NCBI GenBank assembly: GCA_964019425.1
Contig: OZ025801.1
Location: 310,001-374,000, forward strand
From: Flectonema sp. DT1601
Taxonomy: Eukaryota
Length of the DNA stretch: 64,000 nucleotides
Reading direction: 5' to 3'
Made by a program: the position numbers and the translations under genes. The notes beneath the pieces were generated by a model that saw only the letters and a program-made list of their open reading frames with translations, ran no database searches and was not told where the DNA came from. Of the stretch, positions 13,445 through 24,190 are shown one piece after another. Each line of letters starts with the position of its first letter. Position 1 is the first letter of the stretch.

Positions 13445-14938
13445 ATGACGGAACCGAAAGAATGGGAATCAAGAAAATCCCTTCGAGACACAGCTCTGAG
13501 TGAAGTCTTAAAGAGCGTTGGAAACGATTCAATTTCTAAAAACGAACTGAAGAGAAGAGTTAAACAAGAACTGGCTATGAAGAAGATTAAAAGAATAAAA
13601 CCAGACGATGAATTACCAAAACCAGAACCAGCAGAACCAAACAAAGCACGTGTCCTTTACATCGGAGATGAACCAATTCCTGGTAAAGAAAAATACCTCG
13701 GAGGTGTCTTAGGACCTGATGGATGTGCCTACGGAGTTCCTGGACATGCTGAAACTATCTTAAAAATAGATCCAAAAACTGATAAAGTAACTCAGTTTGG
13801 AGGACCCTTCAAAGGACACTATAAATGGCTTCGTGGAAATTGTATTGTAAACGAAGAACAAAAGATATACTCTGTGTACTTTATGCCTTCACATTCTGAT
13901 AAGATTTTAAAACTGATTTTTGAAGGTACCGACTCAAATAAAGATCCGACGATTAAACTCTTAGACGGTTCTGATGATGAGACTAGAAAAACACTTCGAG
14001 AAGTTATATGGAAATGGCACGGAGGAGTCACCGACATCACTGGAAGATATATTTACGGAATTCCCTGCAATGCTCACTCTGTACTGAAAATAGATACTTT
14101 TACTGATGAGGTGACTAGTTTTGGGTCTGAGTACCTCCTCTCTCACATCCACCCGGATGCCCAAAAGAATAAATGGTATGGTGGGATACTTGATCCAGTC
14201 TGTGGCAGGATTTACGGATCTCCTCAAAATGCCGACTCCGTCTTAGAAATCATCCCTGGCCACACCCCTGAAATGCCTGACCAAGTTCGAGTCCTGGGAA
14301 AAGATATTCCGTATCTAAAAACCCCCGGTGGATGGAAGTGGCATGGAGGAATGTACTGTCCTAAAGATGGCTGTATTTATGGAATACCAAACCATGCGGA
14401 CACCGTTATCAGGATATGTCCCCCTCCTAAGGGTTGTGATGTCAATACGTCAGCAGTTGTGACGCTGCTGGACTGTCCTGAGATTCCAATGGCACACAGA
14501 GGAGATGGTAAATATAAATATCTCGGGTCTGTGTTAGGTGCTGATGGTAACCTTTATTGTGTTCCTGGAGACGCAGATAGGACACTCGTTATCAATCCTG
14601 TTAACAAGAGTGAGACTGCAATGCATCTCGTGGGTCCCAACTACTCTCACCTCGGAAAGTGTCAGAATAAATGGCAAAATGGCTACTGTGGCCGTGATGG
14701 TCAGGTTTATACAATTCCGCTAAAGGGAGAGTCTATACTCCAGATCGATTCCCGCCCTCAGAGCAATTCCAATACCTCCTTCGACGCCACTCAGACGCTT
14801 CTCATGCCAACCAACGGTACGATGGTTGGTAACAATAAATGGGAAAGTGGAGTAATAACAGACGACGGCAGCGCTATTTATTGCATGCCTTTGGTTTGTA
14901 AAAGGGTTTTGAAAATCGAGATTCCGGAAAGCAGTTGA
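13445..14938 (+). CDS. Beta-propeller-like repeat protein
   Basis: About 8 repeats of KW/Y-x-GG-V...G-x-IYG-I-P...VL-K-I in a 497-aa ORF. Confidence 0.75.
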   Translation: MTEPKEWESRKSLRDTALSEVLKSVGNDSISKNELKRRVKQELAMKKIKRIKPDDELPKPEPAEPNKARVLYIGDEPIPGKEKYLGGVLGPDGCAYGVPGHAETILKIDPKTDKVTQFGGPFKGHYKWLRGNCIVNEEQKIYSVYFMPSHSDKILKLIFEGTDSNKDPTIKLLDGSDDETRKTLREVIWKWHGGVTDITGRYIYGIPCNAHSVLKIDTFTDEVTSFGSEYLLSHIHPDAQKNKWYGGILDPVCGRIYGSPQNADSVLEIIPGHTPEMPDQVRVLGKDIPYLKTPGGWKWHGGMYCPKDGCIYGIPNHADTVIRICPPPKGCDVNTSAVVTLLDCPEIPMAHRGDGKYKYLGSVLGADGNLYCVPGDADRTLVINPVNKSETAMHLVGPNYSHLGKCQNKWQNGYCGRDGQVYTIPLKGESILQIDSRPQSNSNTSFDATQTLLMPTNGTMVGNNKWESGVITDDGSAIYCMPLVCKRVLKIEIPESS

Positions 14939-15079
14939 AAAAAAAAAAAAAAAAAAAAAAATGGACAATAACAAAAAGAAAATCATCAATCCTGCTCTAA
15001 CTAACCAACGGTATTATCGCATGGCTTTGAAATAAATAGACTGGTGTCTTTTATTTTCCCCTTTCACAACAGCAGTGAA

Positions 15080-16705
15080 ATGACATCACACGATGAAGAC
15101 GAGTTATACAATGGTAAGTTATGTTTTGAATGCCGTCGTTCAATCGAAAAGTACGACTACACAGATGCTATAAACAAAGATTGCAGCTTTTGCAATTCAA
15201 TCATCGCACTCACATTAAACAACACTAAGGAAGCAGAAATATTAATGAGAGACGCTATTATAAAAATACATCCAGAGAGAGTGGTGTCAGCTCATTCAGT
15301 TGTTCGGAATGTGTTGTGTAATTTACGACTTCATTCTGAGCTTCAGCCGATTGATGGAAAAGCAATTTATTCCAATACTTCTATTCAAATATTAACAGAG
15401 AACGATTTCTTCAAAACTTGGAAAAATTATATTTCCTTTAAATCGAATCAAAAAACTGCGGAATTAAAGAAGTTGTGGGACCTGATGGTGGACACTTCAA
15501 AGGCGATTAAAAAATTCGGTTCTGGAAAGGAATTGGAAGAAGCTTCAAAAAAAGCAACTCAGAGCGACGTAATGAACACGTACAATATTATAGTTACGAA
15601 AAGAAAGAGAGCGATGCATGGGAAATCTATAGTGCTGTCGCAGTCGGGTGGAAAGATTTCTTCGGAGGCTGCGGCTGCTATCTGTTTGAAGAAGGACGAG
15701 GAGATTGCTGAGGCCGATTCGGAACTGTCCCTTTTGATGGAAAGTAATGAATACAAATTACAGCAATCTCACATAACAGATTATAATAAATATCTCAAAG
15801 AAACGGGAATAGGTGAGCTCACAATTAAAAAAAATTGTATCAAAAAAACAGCACCTAGTCCTGGTATGGCTTTTGAAAAGGAAATCTTCGAAAAGGTACG
15901 CGAGAAGACACAATCATTATTTGAACAGGACTCCGAAAAGCATCCTGATTCCTGCTTTGAACTGTTGCATAATATTTCATTCGCTCAACTGAGAATGCCA
16001 GAAAGGGTGACGGGTGAGTTTGATATTTGTGCCGTCCAATACAAAGAATTGCTAGTTGACATCCCGCTTAGTAAGGCAAAGAAAAAACGACTGAAGGAAG
16101 GAGAAAGTTTCGGAGAACAAAAAGTTGTTCGAAAAGTTGAAAAGATTATTGCAATCTACGAAGTGAAGATGAACCCTGCAGACATCCTCCCAGCTATGAG
16201 GGGACATCGAAAATCGATCGAATTCTTGTCATCCGTTGAAGGAGTGTTTACGTTTTTAGATAAAAAAAATGATCACGAATACACTTTTACTGGAAACTTA
16301 TTTTCGGAGAAGGTTCTCGGAGAACATCCGACAACATTTGTAACCCTAAGTGGTTCTAATGCTGTTGTTCAGGGAAGACTAGTGCCGAGGAATATGTGTT
16401 TTCCGAATTGCTATGCGCAGCCACTCCTTCAGCATTTCCTCGACGTCTATCCGGACGATTATTCAGCGAAGGAATTATCGACTAATTTCGGATACCTTCC
16501 TCACTTTTATGAGAATCTGGGAGACTTTCTTAATTCAGAAGATTCGACTTCGATGAAGACTTCGTTAATCTCATCAATAAAAATATTAATGGATGCCGCT
16601 GACTGCGGGAAGATTCTCGTTGCTGCTGATCCATTTTCTGGATGCTATCCAAAACCTTTTGAGGCATCTCCACTTCCTTCTTCTCAAGTAGTGTCGGTAT
16701 GGTAA
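15080..16705 (+). CDS. Hypothetical protein with N-terminal CxxC...CxxC and a putative PD-(D/E)XK nuclease-like motif set
   Basis: ORF of ~540 aa from ATG 15080. GMAFE...GEFD...IYEVK is spaced like PD-(D/E)XK motifs I-III. Confidence 0.55.
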   Translation: MTSHDEDELYNGKLCFECRRSIEKYDYTDAINKDCSFCNSIIALTLNNTKEAEILMRDAIIKIHPERVVSAHSVVRNVLCNLRLHSELQPIDGKAIYSNTSIQILTENDFFKTWKNYISFKSNQKTAELKKLWDLMVDTSKAIKKFGSGKELEEASKKATQSDVMNTYNIIVTKRKRAMHGKSIVLSQSGGKISSEAAAAICLKKDEEIAEADSELSLLMESNEYKLQQSHITDYNKYLKETGIGELTIKKNCIKKTAPSPGMAFEKEIFEKVREKTQSLFEQDSEKHPDSCFELLHNISFAQLRMPERVTGEFDICAVQYKELLVDIPLSKAKKKRLKEGESFGEQKVVRKVEKIIAIYEVKMNPADILPAMRGHRKSIEFLSSVEGVFTFLDKKNDHEYTFTGNLFSEKVLGEHPTTFVTLSGSNAVVQGRLVPRNMCFPNCYAQPLLQHFLDVYPDDYSAKELSTNFGYLPHFYENLGDFLNSEDSTSMKTSLISSIKILMDAADCGKILVAADPFSGCYPKPFEASPLPSSQVVSVW

Positions 16706-16876
16706 TCCCCATCATGTGATGTGTATATTATTATTTAGTTATTTCAAACCTTGTCAATGTTCTTGTCTGATTGGTTTATTGCATTTGTGAATAATGTAAT
16801 TATCATAACAGTTTATACAAAAAATAAACAACGAATAAAAAAAAGTAGAGAGGGAGGGAGGCGTAATCTCTTCAGC

Positions 16877-17713
16877 ATGCACACGATCCAGATTTTCGCT
16901 GAATTTAACGAAGAGACTGAAGCTTTGGAATTCTCAAAAACAGACACATTGGAAACACTTAAGAATAATGTAGAAATATTATTTGGAATAGAGGAAGGAT
17001 TCTCTCTGTTCATCGAAGGAGTAGAACTTGTTGAGTTACCGCTACTGAATACCAATGATGTCTTACTGGTTGAGTATATCCAAACAATAAGAGGAAAGAG
17101 TTATGTCTGCGATGAGACTGGCGATGCGATTCACTTCTCAAGTTGCGATAACGAAAGATGTTTCAAAACAGAAAACACTATTGGTCATCCATCAGTCATT
17201 GAAGTGTTGAAGGACGTATCCTTTGAAAGGTTGCGGTACATCGGGTTCTATGACGGACGACCTGATAATAAAATAGTTTTTAATTCTAACGGAGGTTGCA
17301 CAACAGTAAAATCACTTGAAGGACAAGAATTTAATATTTGTCAGTCGTCTTCTACCATTTGGGGACTCTCATTCTTGCAAGCTGGTATAGTTGGTCTTGC
17401 CAGTTATCACTTCGAAGAAGGAGAACCTTATATCTCATATTCCGCTGCTCTGCCTAGCTGGAAGCTGGATGATGGGTCGCCTCTTCCTATAAAAAAATAT
17501 TTCAGTAATTTTTCCTTTGATGAGGACACTCGAGTATTTACGGGAACAATAAACTGGCCGATCCCTTTTACTGGAATGAAGGTGTGGCAATATGACATGA
17601 AATTTAACGAAACTATGATGCTCATCGAATCCGGTACAGTGAAGTGTGATAATGGTCATAATTGGGTGTTTGGAGTCACTCTTAAGTATTTGAGAAATCT
17701 TAAAATGAACTAA
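16877..17713 (+). CDS. Hypothetical protein with an N-terminal ubiquitin-like domain
   Basis: ATG follows CTCTTCAG. The first ~70 aa (IQIF...DTLETLKNNVE...LFIEGVEL) have a UBL-like pattern. Confidence 0.6.
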   Translation: MHTIQIFAEFNEETEALEFSKTDTLETLKNNVEILFGIEEGFSLFIEGVELVELPLLNTNDVLLVEYIQTIRGKSYVCDETGDAIHFSSCDNERCFKTENTIGHPSVIEVLKDVSFERLRYIGFYDGRPDNKIVFNSNGGCTTVKSLEGQEFNICQSSSTIWGLSFLQAGIVGLASYHFEEGEPYISYSAALPSWKLDDGSPLPIKKYFSNFSFDEDTRVFTGTINWPIPFTGMKVWQYDMKFNETMMLIESGTVKCDNGHNWVFGVTLKYLRNLKMN

Positions 17714-18670
17714 AAACGGGGAATTTTTTTTTTTTTTTTTTCTTCTTCAGTTTTTTGCTAAACACAAAACTAATTTGGTATTCTTTTCACACGACAGTAA
17801 TTACTTAAAATATCTCGGTTTCTGAATGGTTATGCTGCCCATTTAAAAAAAATGCTCTTTTTATTCTTTTAAAAGTGTCCAGTCACTGATGGTAGTAATC
17901 GAGACGGTTGTAGCGACACGAAGAGGAGATGGCAGTTCTTCTTATTGTCGGAGTGAATTGCGACGACAATCACGTTGTCCATCACATCCCTCTCTTCTAA
18001 CCTCTTCGGCTTCACAGGAGGTGACGCTGGGCACTCGCCCTCGCAATTGGATCTCCTCCATCAACGTCATCTCTCGTTTAGCCAATCTGTCGATCAGTTC
18101 TTTTGGTGTTGTTTGTTGTTTTCCTTTTTGCTTCATCTTCAGAGACTTTCCCCAGTCCATTTTGAAGTGTCCACAGACCGAGCACTGAGCTGTACACATG
18201 CCCTCTCCTTATCACCATGACCGACACAGCCTGTTGTTGAGGAATCGCAGTCTGTGGTGTAGCGCTTCCTTTTGTGCTCTTGGTTATCTGCGTATGTCGG
18301 GAAGCCGACCCTTCGTAAAAGAAAGCTGCGGTAGCCTACCATCTATGATGGAATAAATCACTATGCTGACTAGCTGCCTTCTCCTCTGGAAGAGAGTTAC
18401 GATGTAGAACTTGTTTGGATAACTTCTAGCCCCACTTCCGCGATCATTAGTTTATTACTGTCTTGTGCGGGAATAAGGGTCTCCAACTGTGACTTGAGAT
18501 GCAGAGAAGAAGCCAACAGTATTAACTGCTTACCTCTCGTTCAAAGCGGAGGCGAGTTGGGGCTGAGCCTCCCGACTAGCCTATCTCTTAGATAATATTA
18601 TGAAGTAGGTGTGAGGTTTACTTTTGTTCTTTCTTTTTATGATTTTGAACAGCAGTGTAATAACACAAAA

Positions 18671-19366
18671 ATGGGATTCTTTGACAGAATGGCAGAAGCT
18701 GTCTTCGCCGATCAGGAAGACGGGAGCACACTGTACTACCCGTGTGGTATGTTAGGTTATGGAAGAATAATTACTTGTGAAAAGAGAAAGAAGGAAGTGT
18801 TTAAAGCTCACCGCAAAAGTATTATTATCGGACTGTTTGTTGGATTCCTTCTCGGACTCTCACCTTTACTGCTAATCCAGTTGGGGTTCTCAGTAGTATT
18901 TGCGTATAGTGTAATAGCTGTTGCTTGTATTACAGTTTGTAGTATCCAGTTATATTTAAATAAAGCTAGAGTAGCTGATCTTCCAAAAACGGATGTAAAG
19001 TTGAATTTCGCAAGTGCACATGCGAAATCAGTTCGATCCCTTCCACTAATATTTTGGAAATTTTCCCTTGTTCTTGGACTGGGTTTGATACCATTATATG
19101 TTACGATTAGAGTATGTTTCCCAGATCATTTAGACTCTCATACAAAATCAACGAAATACGTGATTTTCCTAGTCGTGTTATCACTATTATTAACATGCCA
19201 GGGTTGGTACGGATTCCGATCGTACAAAATGGAAGAACCAACTCTGGTGTTCAGAGAAACGAACGAACTTGAAGACATAAATTGTGAAGGTGAAAAAGAA
19301 GAGATAGAAGAATTAATTATTAAAGAACAACAACCTGAACCATCAGATAAGTTGGATTCTGTTTAA
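18671..19366 (+). CDS. Hypothetical membrane protein (~4 TM segments)
   Basis: ATG ORF with four hydrophobic stretches and an acidic tail. Confidence 0.6.
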   Translation: MGFFDRMAEAVFADQEDGSTLYYPCGMLGYGRIITCEKRKKEVFKAHRKSIIIGLFVGFLLGLSPLLLIQLGFSVVFAYSVIAVACITVCSIQLYLNKARVADLPKTDVKLNFASAHAKSVRSLPLIFWKFSLVLGLGLIPLYVTIRVCFPDHLDSHTKSTKYVIFLVVLSLLLTCQGWYGFRSYKMEEPTLVFRETNELEDINCEGEKEEIEELIIKEQQPEPSDKLDSV

Positions 19367-19700
19367 AAGAAACTCCCAAAAAGATATTATTCAAAACACT
19401 AACTGCCCTTAATGAGATGATGCTATCCTAATCTTTTATTTCTGTTTTAGAACTTTTATTGAACTGTAAACGTTCATTCCACTTTTTCCACACTTGAAAG
19501 GTAGTCAGATAACTGATCTCAGAAGTTTATAACGCAAATGTCTACGACCTTGGGGTTATACTGTTTCCTGAATTCGGATAAAAACCAACATAAACAAAAA
19601 AAAGCTGCTGCCAACCTAGCGTTAATATTTAATGCTCTCCGAGTGCTTTAGTATATCAGGGTAATTGTTTTATCTTTTTTTAATTTTGTTGATTTTTATT

Positions 19701-19731
<31 letters not shown>

Positions 19732-20559
19732 TTAGTTCGATAGTTTAATAAGCTGCGGCGAGGCGGAAAGCTGGAGATTGGTATCCATTAATCTTTCGGT
19801 CGATGCTACTTCAACAATCTATGCTAAATCTTTGGATATGGCTAAGGATTGGGTTTTCTTGTCTGAGCTAAGCTAAGTCTCCTCCTCTGACTTGACTCAG
19901 TGCGACTCAAGACCCGTCCCTTTTGTTTTGATTACGAAAAAAAAAAAAAAAAAGGGAATTTACTTGTTATTTTAATAAAAAATAAATAAAAAGGTGATGA
20001 CATAATACAGTTTATCATTTTTTACCTTATTTATTTATTTATATTCAAACCTTACAAGCTACTTTAAACTAAACAACAATGCAAGTTTTTGTGACGTGTC
20101 CGGATTTTGGGTTCGACGCAGTTTCAGTTACGGCTGGTGTTGATTCCCTTGTGAGAGAAGTATTGACGGCGGCCGCTGGGGAGTGGGATGTCGATCCAGA
20201 GGAAATTGAACTCTCGTTCGCTGGTAACACGCTTTGTGAAAGTGATCGTTTAACAGATCATGGAGTGAGTACAGGCAGCGAGTTAGAGATATGGAAGAAG
20301 AGGTTTCGTATATTTAGTAAATGCTGGTTTGTTGATGATTCAAAACGGGAGAAGCTGCTTCGTTGGCTAAGAGAACACAATGAGGAATACTTATACCTAG
20401 ACACTCCTACATTCACAGGGGATGGTTGTCTCAGTCTTGAGGGTAGTTTACTGTCTTCAGATGCCGAACGGATTTCGTTCCGCAATTTTAATTCCGACAT
20501 CACAGTCTCACCAGTTACTATTGGGGATTGTTTCTTGTCTTCCTGTCCACAAATTACTT

Positions 20560-20632
20560 GGGTAACGAAACTCGGACAGCGCGCCTCCTCGTGGTGTTGC
20601 CTGGATGCACCTTGTGTGTAACTAGAGTGCTG
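20560..20632 (+). ncRNA. HDV-like self-cleaving ribozyme
   Basis: P1 GGGUAAC/GUUGCCU (G1-U wobble), P2 CAGCGC/GUGCUG, P3 GCC/GGU, L3 UCCUCGU, P1.1 CC/GG, P4 UGCAC/GUGUA, J4/2 CUAGA with candidate catalytic C20622. Confidence 0.85.
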
Positions 20633-21249
20633 ACGTATTGTTGTTGCTGTGTATTCTTTTACCCCCGTTTTATTTTCCGGTAGCCTAACCTTTAAAAAAA
20701 AGGACACCATAGCAGAAGGTCAGGTGATCCGGCCCGGGATACTCAGGCACCCAGAGCTCACAGGGGCCACCGGGTTTTTATTTTTTCCTTAGTGGCATGA
20801 TTTCCCTTTACCCCCATTTCCTTCGAACTTCCCCCGTTTAGTCTTTTCACGCATGGGGGGATTATAAGTTCAGGTCGCCTGAAATGTATTAACAGTATCA
20901 GCCCCGCGAGTTACTCGGGGAGCTCCCATGCAATGTGTGGAGAAAGAGGCCATCCCTCCCCCTACCTCTCTGCTTTACTACGTCGTTTTTTGTGTGTGGC
21001 ATTTCTTTTCTTATATTCTTTTCTTTTCAATCTTGTTCCTTCACACGCGGTTGTTCGAGCGGTTGTGAACCACCTTGGGTCTCTTACGGTCTCCAAGCTA
21101 CTGTTGTGCGAAGAAACAAATCTGTTGGTGCGGTGGCCTTCCGACGCCACCTGGACCGCAACTCGTTCACAGTGCCCTACCCGGTTCCCACCGGACCGCC
21201 TGAGCGACGGGATCCATGGGATTCAAAACCCTAAACACTGGTTAATTTT
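20560..21249 (+). mobile_element. 690-bp non-autonomous retroposon (SINE/SIDER-like) with a 20-bp TSD
   Basis: TTCCTGTCCACAAATTACTT is duplicated at 20540-20559 and 21250-21269. No credible ORF. HDV-like fold at the 5' end and a short T-rich 3' end. Confidence 0.85.
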
Positions 21250-21622
21250 TTCCTGTCCACAAATTACTTCTCTTGACCTTTCAAGTTTTAATAGTGTAGC
21301 TACAATTCAGGATTGTTTCTTGTCTTGTTGTTCAAAAATTACTTCTCTTGACCTTTCAGGTCTTAGTAGTGTAACTACAATTGGGGATTGTTTCTTGTCT
21401 TCCTGTCCGCAAATTAATTCTCTTGAGCTTTCGGGTCTTAGTAGTGTTGTCACCATTGGAGATGGCTTCTTATCGTTCTGTTCACAAATTACTTCTCTTG
21501 ACTTTTCGCGTCTTCGTAGTGTTGTCACTATTGGAGATGGCTTCTTATCATTCTGTTCACAAATAACAGCTCTTGACTTTTCGGGTCTAGGTAGTGTAGT
21601 CACTATTGGGGGTAGTTTCTTC

Positions 21623-22009
21623 GTCTGCTGGCTTCGTGCTTACCCAGGCAAGGGGGTAGGAACATTTCAAAACTAAAAGGCATTCAATCGCAGTTATCAA
21701 ACACCTGTTGAGACTGTGTGAGCGAACATGCATCTTCTTCCGAAAAGCACCACAAACTGTAGTGTTGCCAACCCAGATGGAAAGGTGGTCGGCCTTTGCA
21801 ATTCCTTTGAGTGTCTTCCCAAGAGCGTCCGCTTCAAGGATATTTATATGTCGGTCTTCACCAGCAGGCCATGCCGCACCAAGGTACTCCAACTCACCTG
21901 TTTCCCAAACAATGGCACCAAAACATCCCTGCAATGAGGCATCTACAAATCGGCAGTCCTCCCCTCTTTCTGCTCAGGCATTCTCCCCTTCTGCACAGCA
22001 CCGATCCAC
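21623..22009 (-). mobile_element. Inverted RNase H fragment of the YR retrotransposon
   Basis: Reverse complement matches ~28128-28530 and ~29745-30130 (HINILEADALGK). Carries the WVGN variant of copy C. Confidence 0.9.
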
Positions 22010-22020
22010 TCACAATTAGT

Positions 22021-22058
22021 ACCAACGATTCTAAAGCTACAGTTTCTGTACTTTATTG
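22021..22058 (+). other. Spliced-leader (SL) exon sequence fixed in the genome at the 5' end of retrotransposon copy A
   Basis: ACCAACGATTCTAAAGCTACAGTTTCTGTACTTTATTG: euglenozoan SL 3' core CAGTTTCTGTACTTTATTG with a Diplonema-like 5' part (comparison from memory). Joined directly to TTCTCACACCCC. Confidence 0.9.
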
Positions 22059-24138
22059 TTCTCACACCCCTGTCTTCATCACAAGAAAACTTATATTTAA
22101 ATTAAGTTAAAGAATGACTCGTGTAAATTTTGAGTTCCCTGAGTTCTTAATTGAGACTTGGAAGGCGCAGATGGGTGAGGAACCACCAAAGAAGCTCGAT
22201 AATATCAATCTGGACGAGCTGGTTGCAAGCATCCCCTTTAGCATCGACTTAAGTACATTGAGATCCGACAAGGAGACAAGAAGGTTGATCCAAGGCACAC
22301 TGGCCATGTGTCTCGGGATCTCCAATGATGCGGCCAAGACACTTTCAATGAATAAGTGTCTAGTAATACTTGGTGTGTTATCAAGGAGCCGCCTGCAGTT
22401 GGTCAACCAGAGCGCCGCCCGGATGAGCAAGCGGATATCTAAGGGGGGGTCGGGTAGGCTGGTGACGCACGACGAGGCGGAGGATGCGATGGGATCGCTG
22501 CAGCAGAGCACAGACACACTGAGAAGTGATACCAAGCAGGGGTTCGACTCGCTGAGAAACGCAGACGGCGTTTAGCCAGTATCAGAGGGAGAGCCAATCA
22601 GTGAGGAGAAGGGTTGGGGAGGCCACTGAAAAAGCCGAGAACATCGGAGGCATGTGGGAGGCCTTCAGAGAACAACAGACCCAACAACAACAAGCTAGCG
22701 TTACCCAGCAAATCACACAACAGCAGAGAGATCAGCAAAAGCAGAATGCAGAAGTGATCCAGAAAATCTTACAAGAAATAGCAGATCTGAAGACGGCTCA
22801 ACAAGTTCCAGTAGTCGGGGGGGCAGCACAGCAACTACCAGCACCGGGGTCGAACGAAGCGATGACACGGGAGGTGACTGATCCGTCTGCAGGCAGGGAT
22901 GTAACAAAGTGGGCATCCGTTATGAAGTCAGGAAAGGCCGAGGCACTGATCCATGGGATCAGGGAGCGATATGTGAACGGTCTGGAGTACAAGGTTGGTG
23001 GGGGCCAGCTACTTCAGGCAGTTGAAGAACTTCGTTCTCGGTTTGGAGTACGTTGAAGGGTGGGAGGAGAACCCGCACTTTGTGGAGTTGGGGAACGAGC
23101 TGTTGGAGCAACTGCGGATGCAGTATTACTTTTGCAAGGATGGTACGAAGAGATCAGAGTTGGAGATGATCTTAGAAGTTGCATCGGGGGACCCTCTGGA
23201 GAAAGCAAACGCAATAGCGAAGAGAAATAGAAATGCGAAGATGCAACAACCGAAACGGAAAGGGGGGAGATCGTTTGTCTCTACGTATCCATCGTCGGGA
23301 AACGGGAGAGGGTTCGCGAAGTGACCAGCCGACCGGACCCTGCAAGTAACAACAAAACCAACGTTCCTAAAACGAAGGTTAGACACGCAAGTATTGGAAA
23401 CATCCCCATTGCCAAAGTTAAAGTTGAGAAAGCCCGCAAGACTTATGCAGAAGCACTCAAGACAGGTGTTGAGGAGCAGCCGACTAAAAGCAAGGTTAGG
23501 AGGATCTGTAAGTTTAATCGTTCAAGACCCGGGCAACATTGTAAAATCCGCAGTCCGAGGATTCCCCAGCGGAAGGGAGATGAAAATAAGCTCAGTTGGA
23601 ACAGAAGAGATCGCAGATTCAAGGGAAACAATGCCCTCAGAAGGATTAGAAGGAAATGTGGTTGGGAAGATCCTGTTGGACATGATGGAGGGATGCCCAG
23701 AGGGGACGAAGAGGCGGCATGCCGAGGATTCCGTCACATACATGGAGGCGACAGAAAAGCTTCAAGAAACACTGGGGAAGATGTGGGCCTCAAAGACAAC
23801 AGCAAGCAGGCGGAATCTGTGGAGAAGATTTCGGGCCTGGGCAAGGGAAAAGGAGAAACCAGCAAACGCAAGCTCGGCTGTTCTGTTCGTGATGGCGACA
23901 GGTGTGGCAGTGCAAGGGCTTCTCTCTTATGCAAAGAGTCTGTCTGCAGTGATGGGGGCTGTTGAGCTTAGCTGCAGCACTGAGGGCGAACGGGGCGGCA
24001 ATACCGCTGGAACAGGCAACGCCAATGACAAGACCTGGTGGATTGGGCAAGGGGGCAAGACTTAAAGACCCACTTGGCAATGCTAGTGTGCTGGAAGACT
24101 GCATCAAGATGGGGCGAGACCGCAGCGCTCTCAAGGGA
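22059..24138 (+). mobile_element. YR retrotransposon copy A: SL-headed, frameshifted gag, 3'-truncated inside YR
   Basis: Homologous to 24349-26532. gag is split into ORFs 22114-22575, 22601-23056 and 22995-23324. Homology ends at TCAAGGGA. Confidence 0.9.
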
Positions 24139-24190
24139 TCAAAATTCCATTTAGGTAATTTGCCACCGAAACTGAGCACCAAACAAAAAC

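Larger units (their letters stand above)
20079..21622 (+). pseudogene. Ubiquitin-like + 25-aa leucine-rich-repeat (BspA-like) gene, disrupted by insertions
   Basis: UBL-like N-terminus and 75-nt repeats encoding ITSLDLSGLSSVTTIGDCFLSSCPQ. Removing 20560-21269 restores the frame. Truncated at ~21622 by the retrotransposon fragment. Confidence 0.85.

Noticed and set aside
17880..18350. Gene or TE fragment in a GC-richer patch with short Cys-containing ORFs
   Set aside because: No recognisable domain, boundaries or consistent frame.
20851..20931. Hammerhead ribozyme
   Set aside because: No CUGAnGA/GAAA core in the right arrangement on either strand.
21250..21620. CRISPR-like array
   Set aside because: These are 75-nt degenerate coding repeats (LRR) without unique spacers, in a eukaryotic locus.
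22021..22130. SL RNA gene
   Set aside because: The SL exon is followed by element 5' UTR (TTCTCAC), not a GT donor and SL intron, so it is a processed copy.
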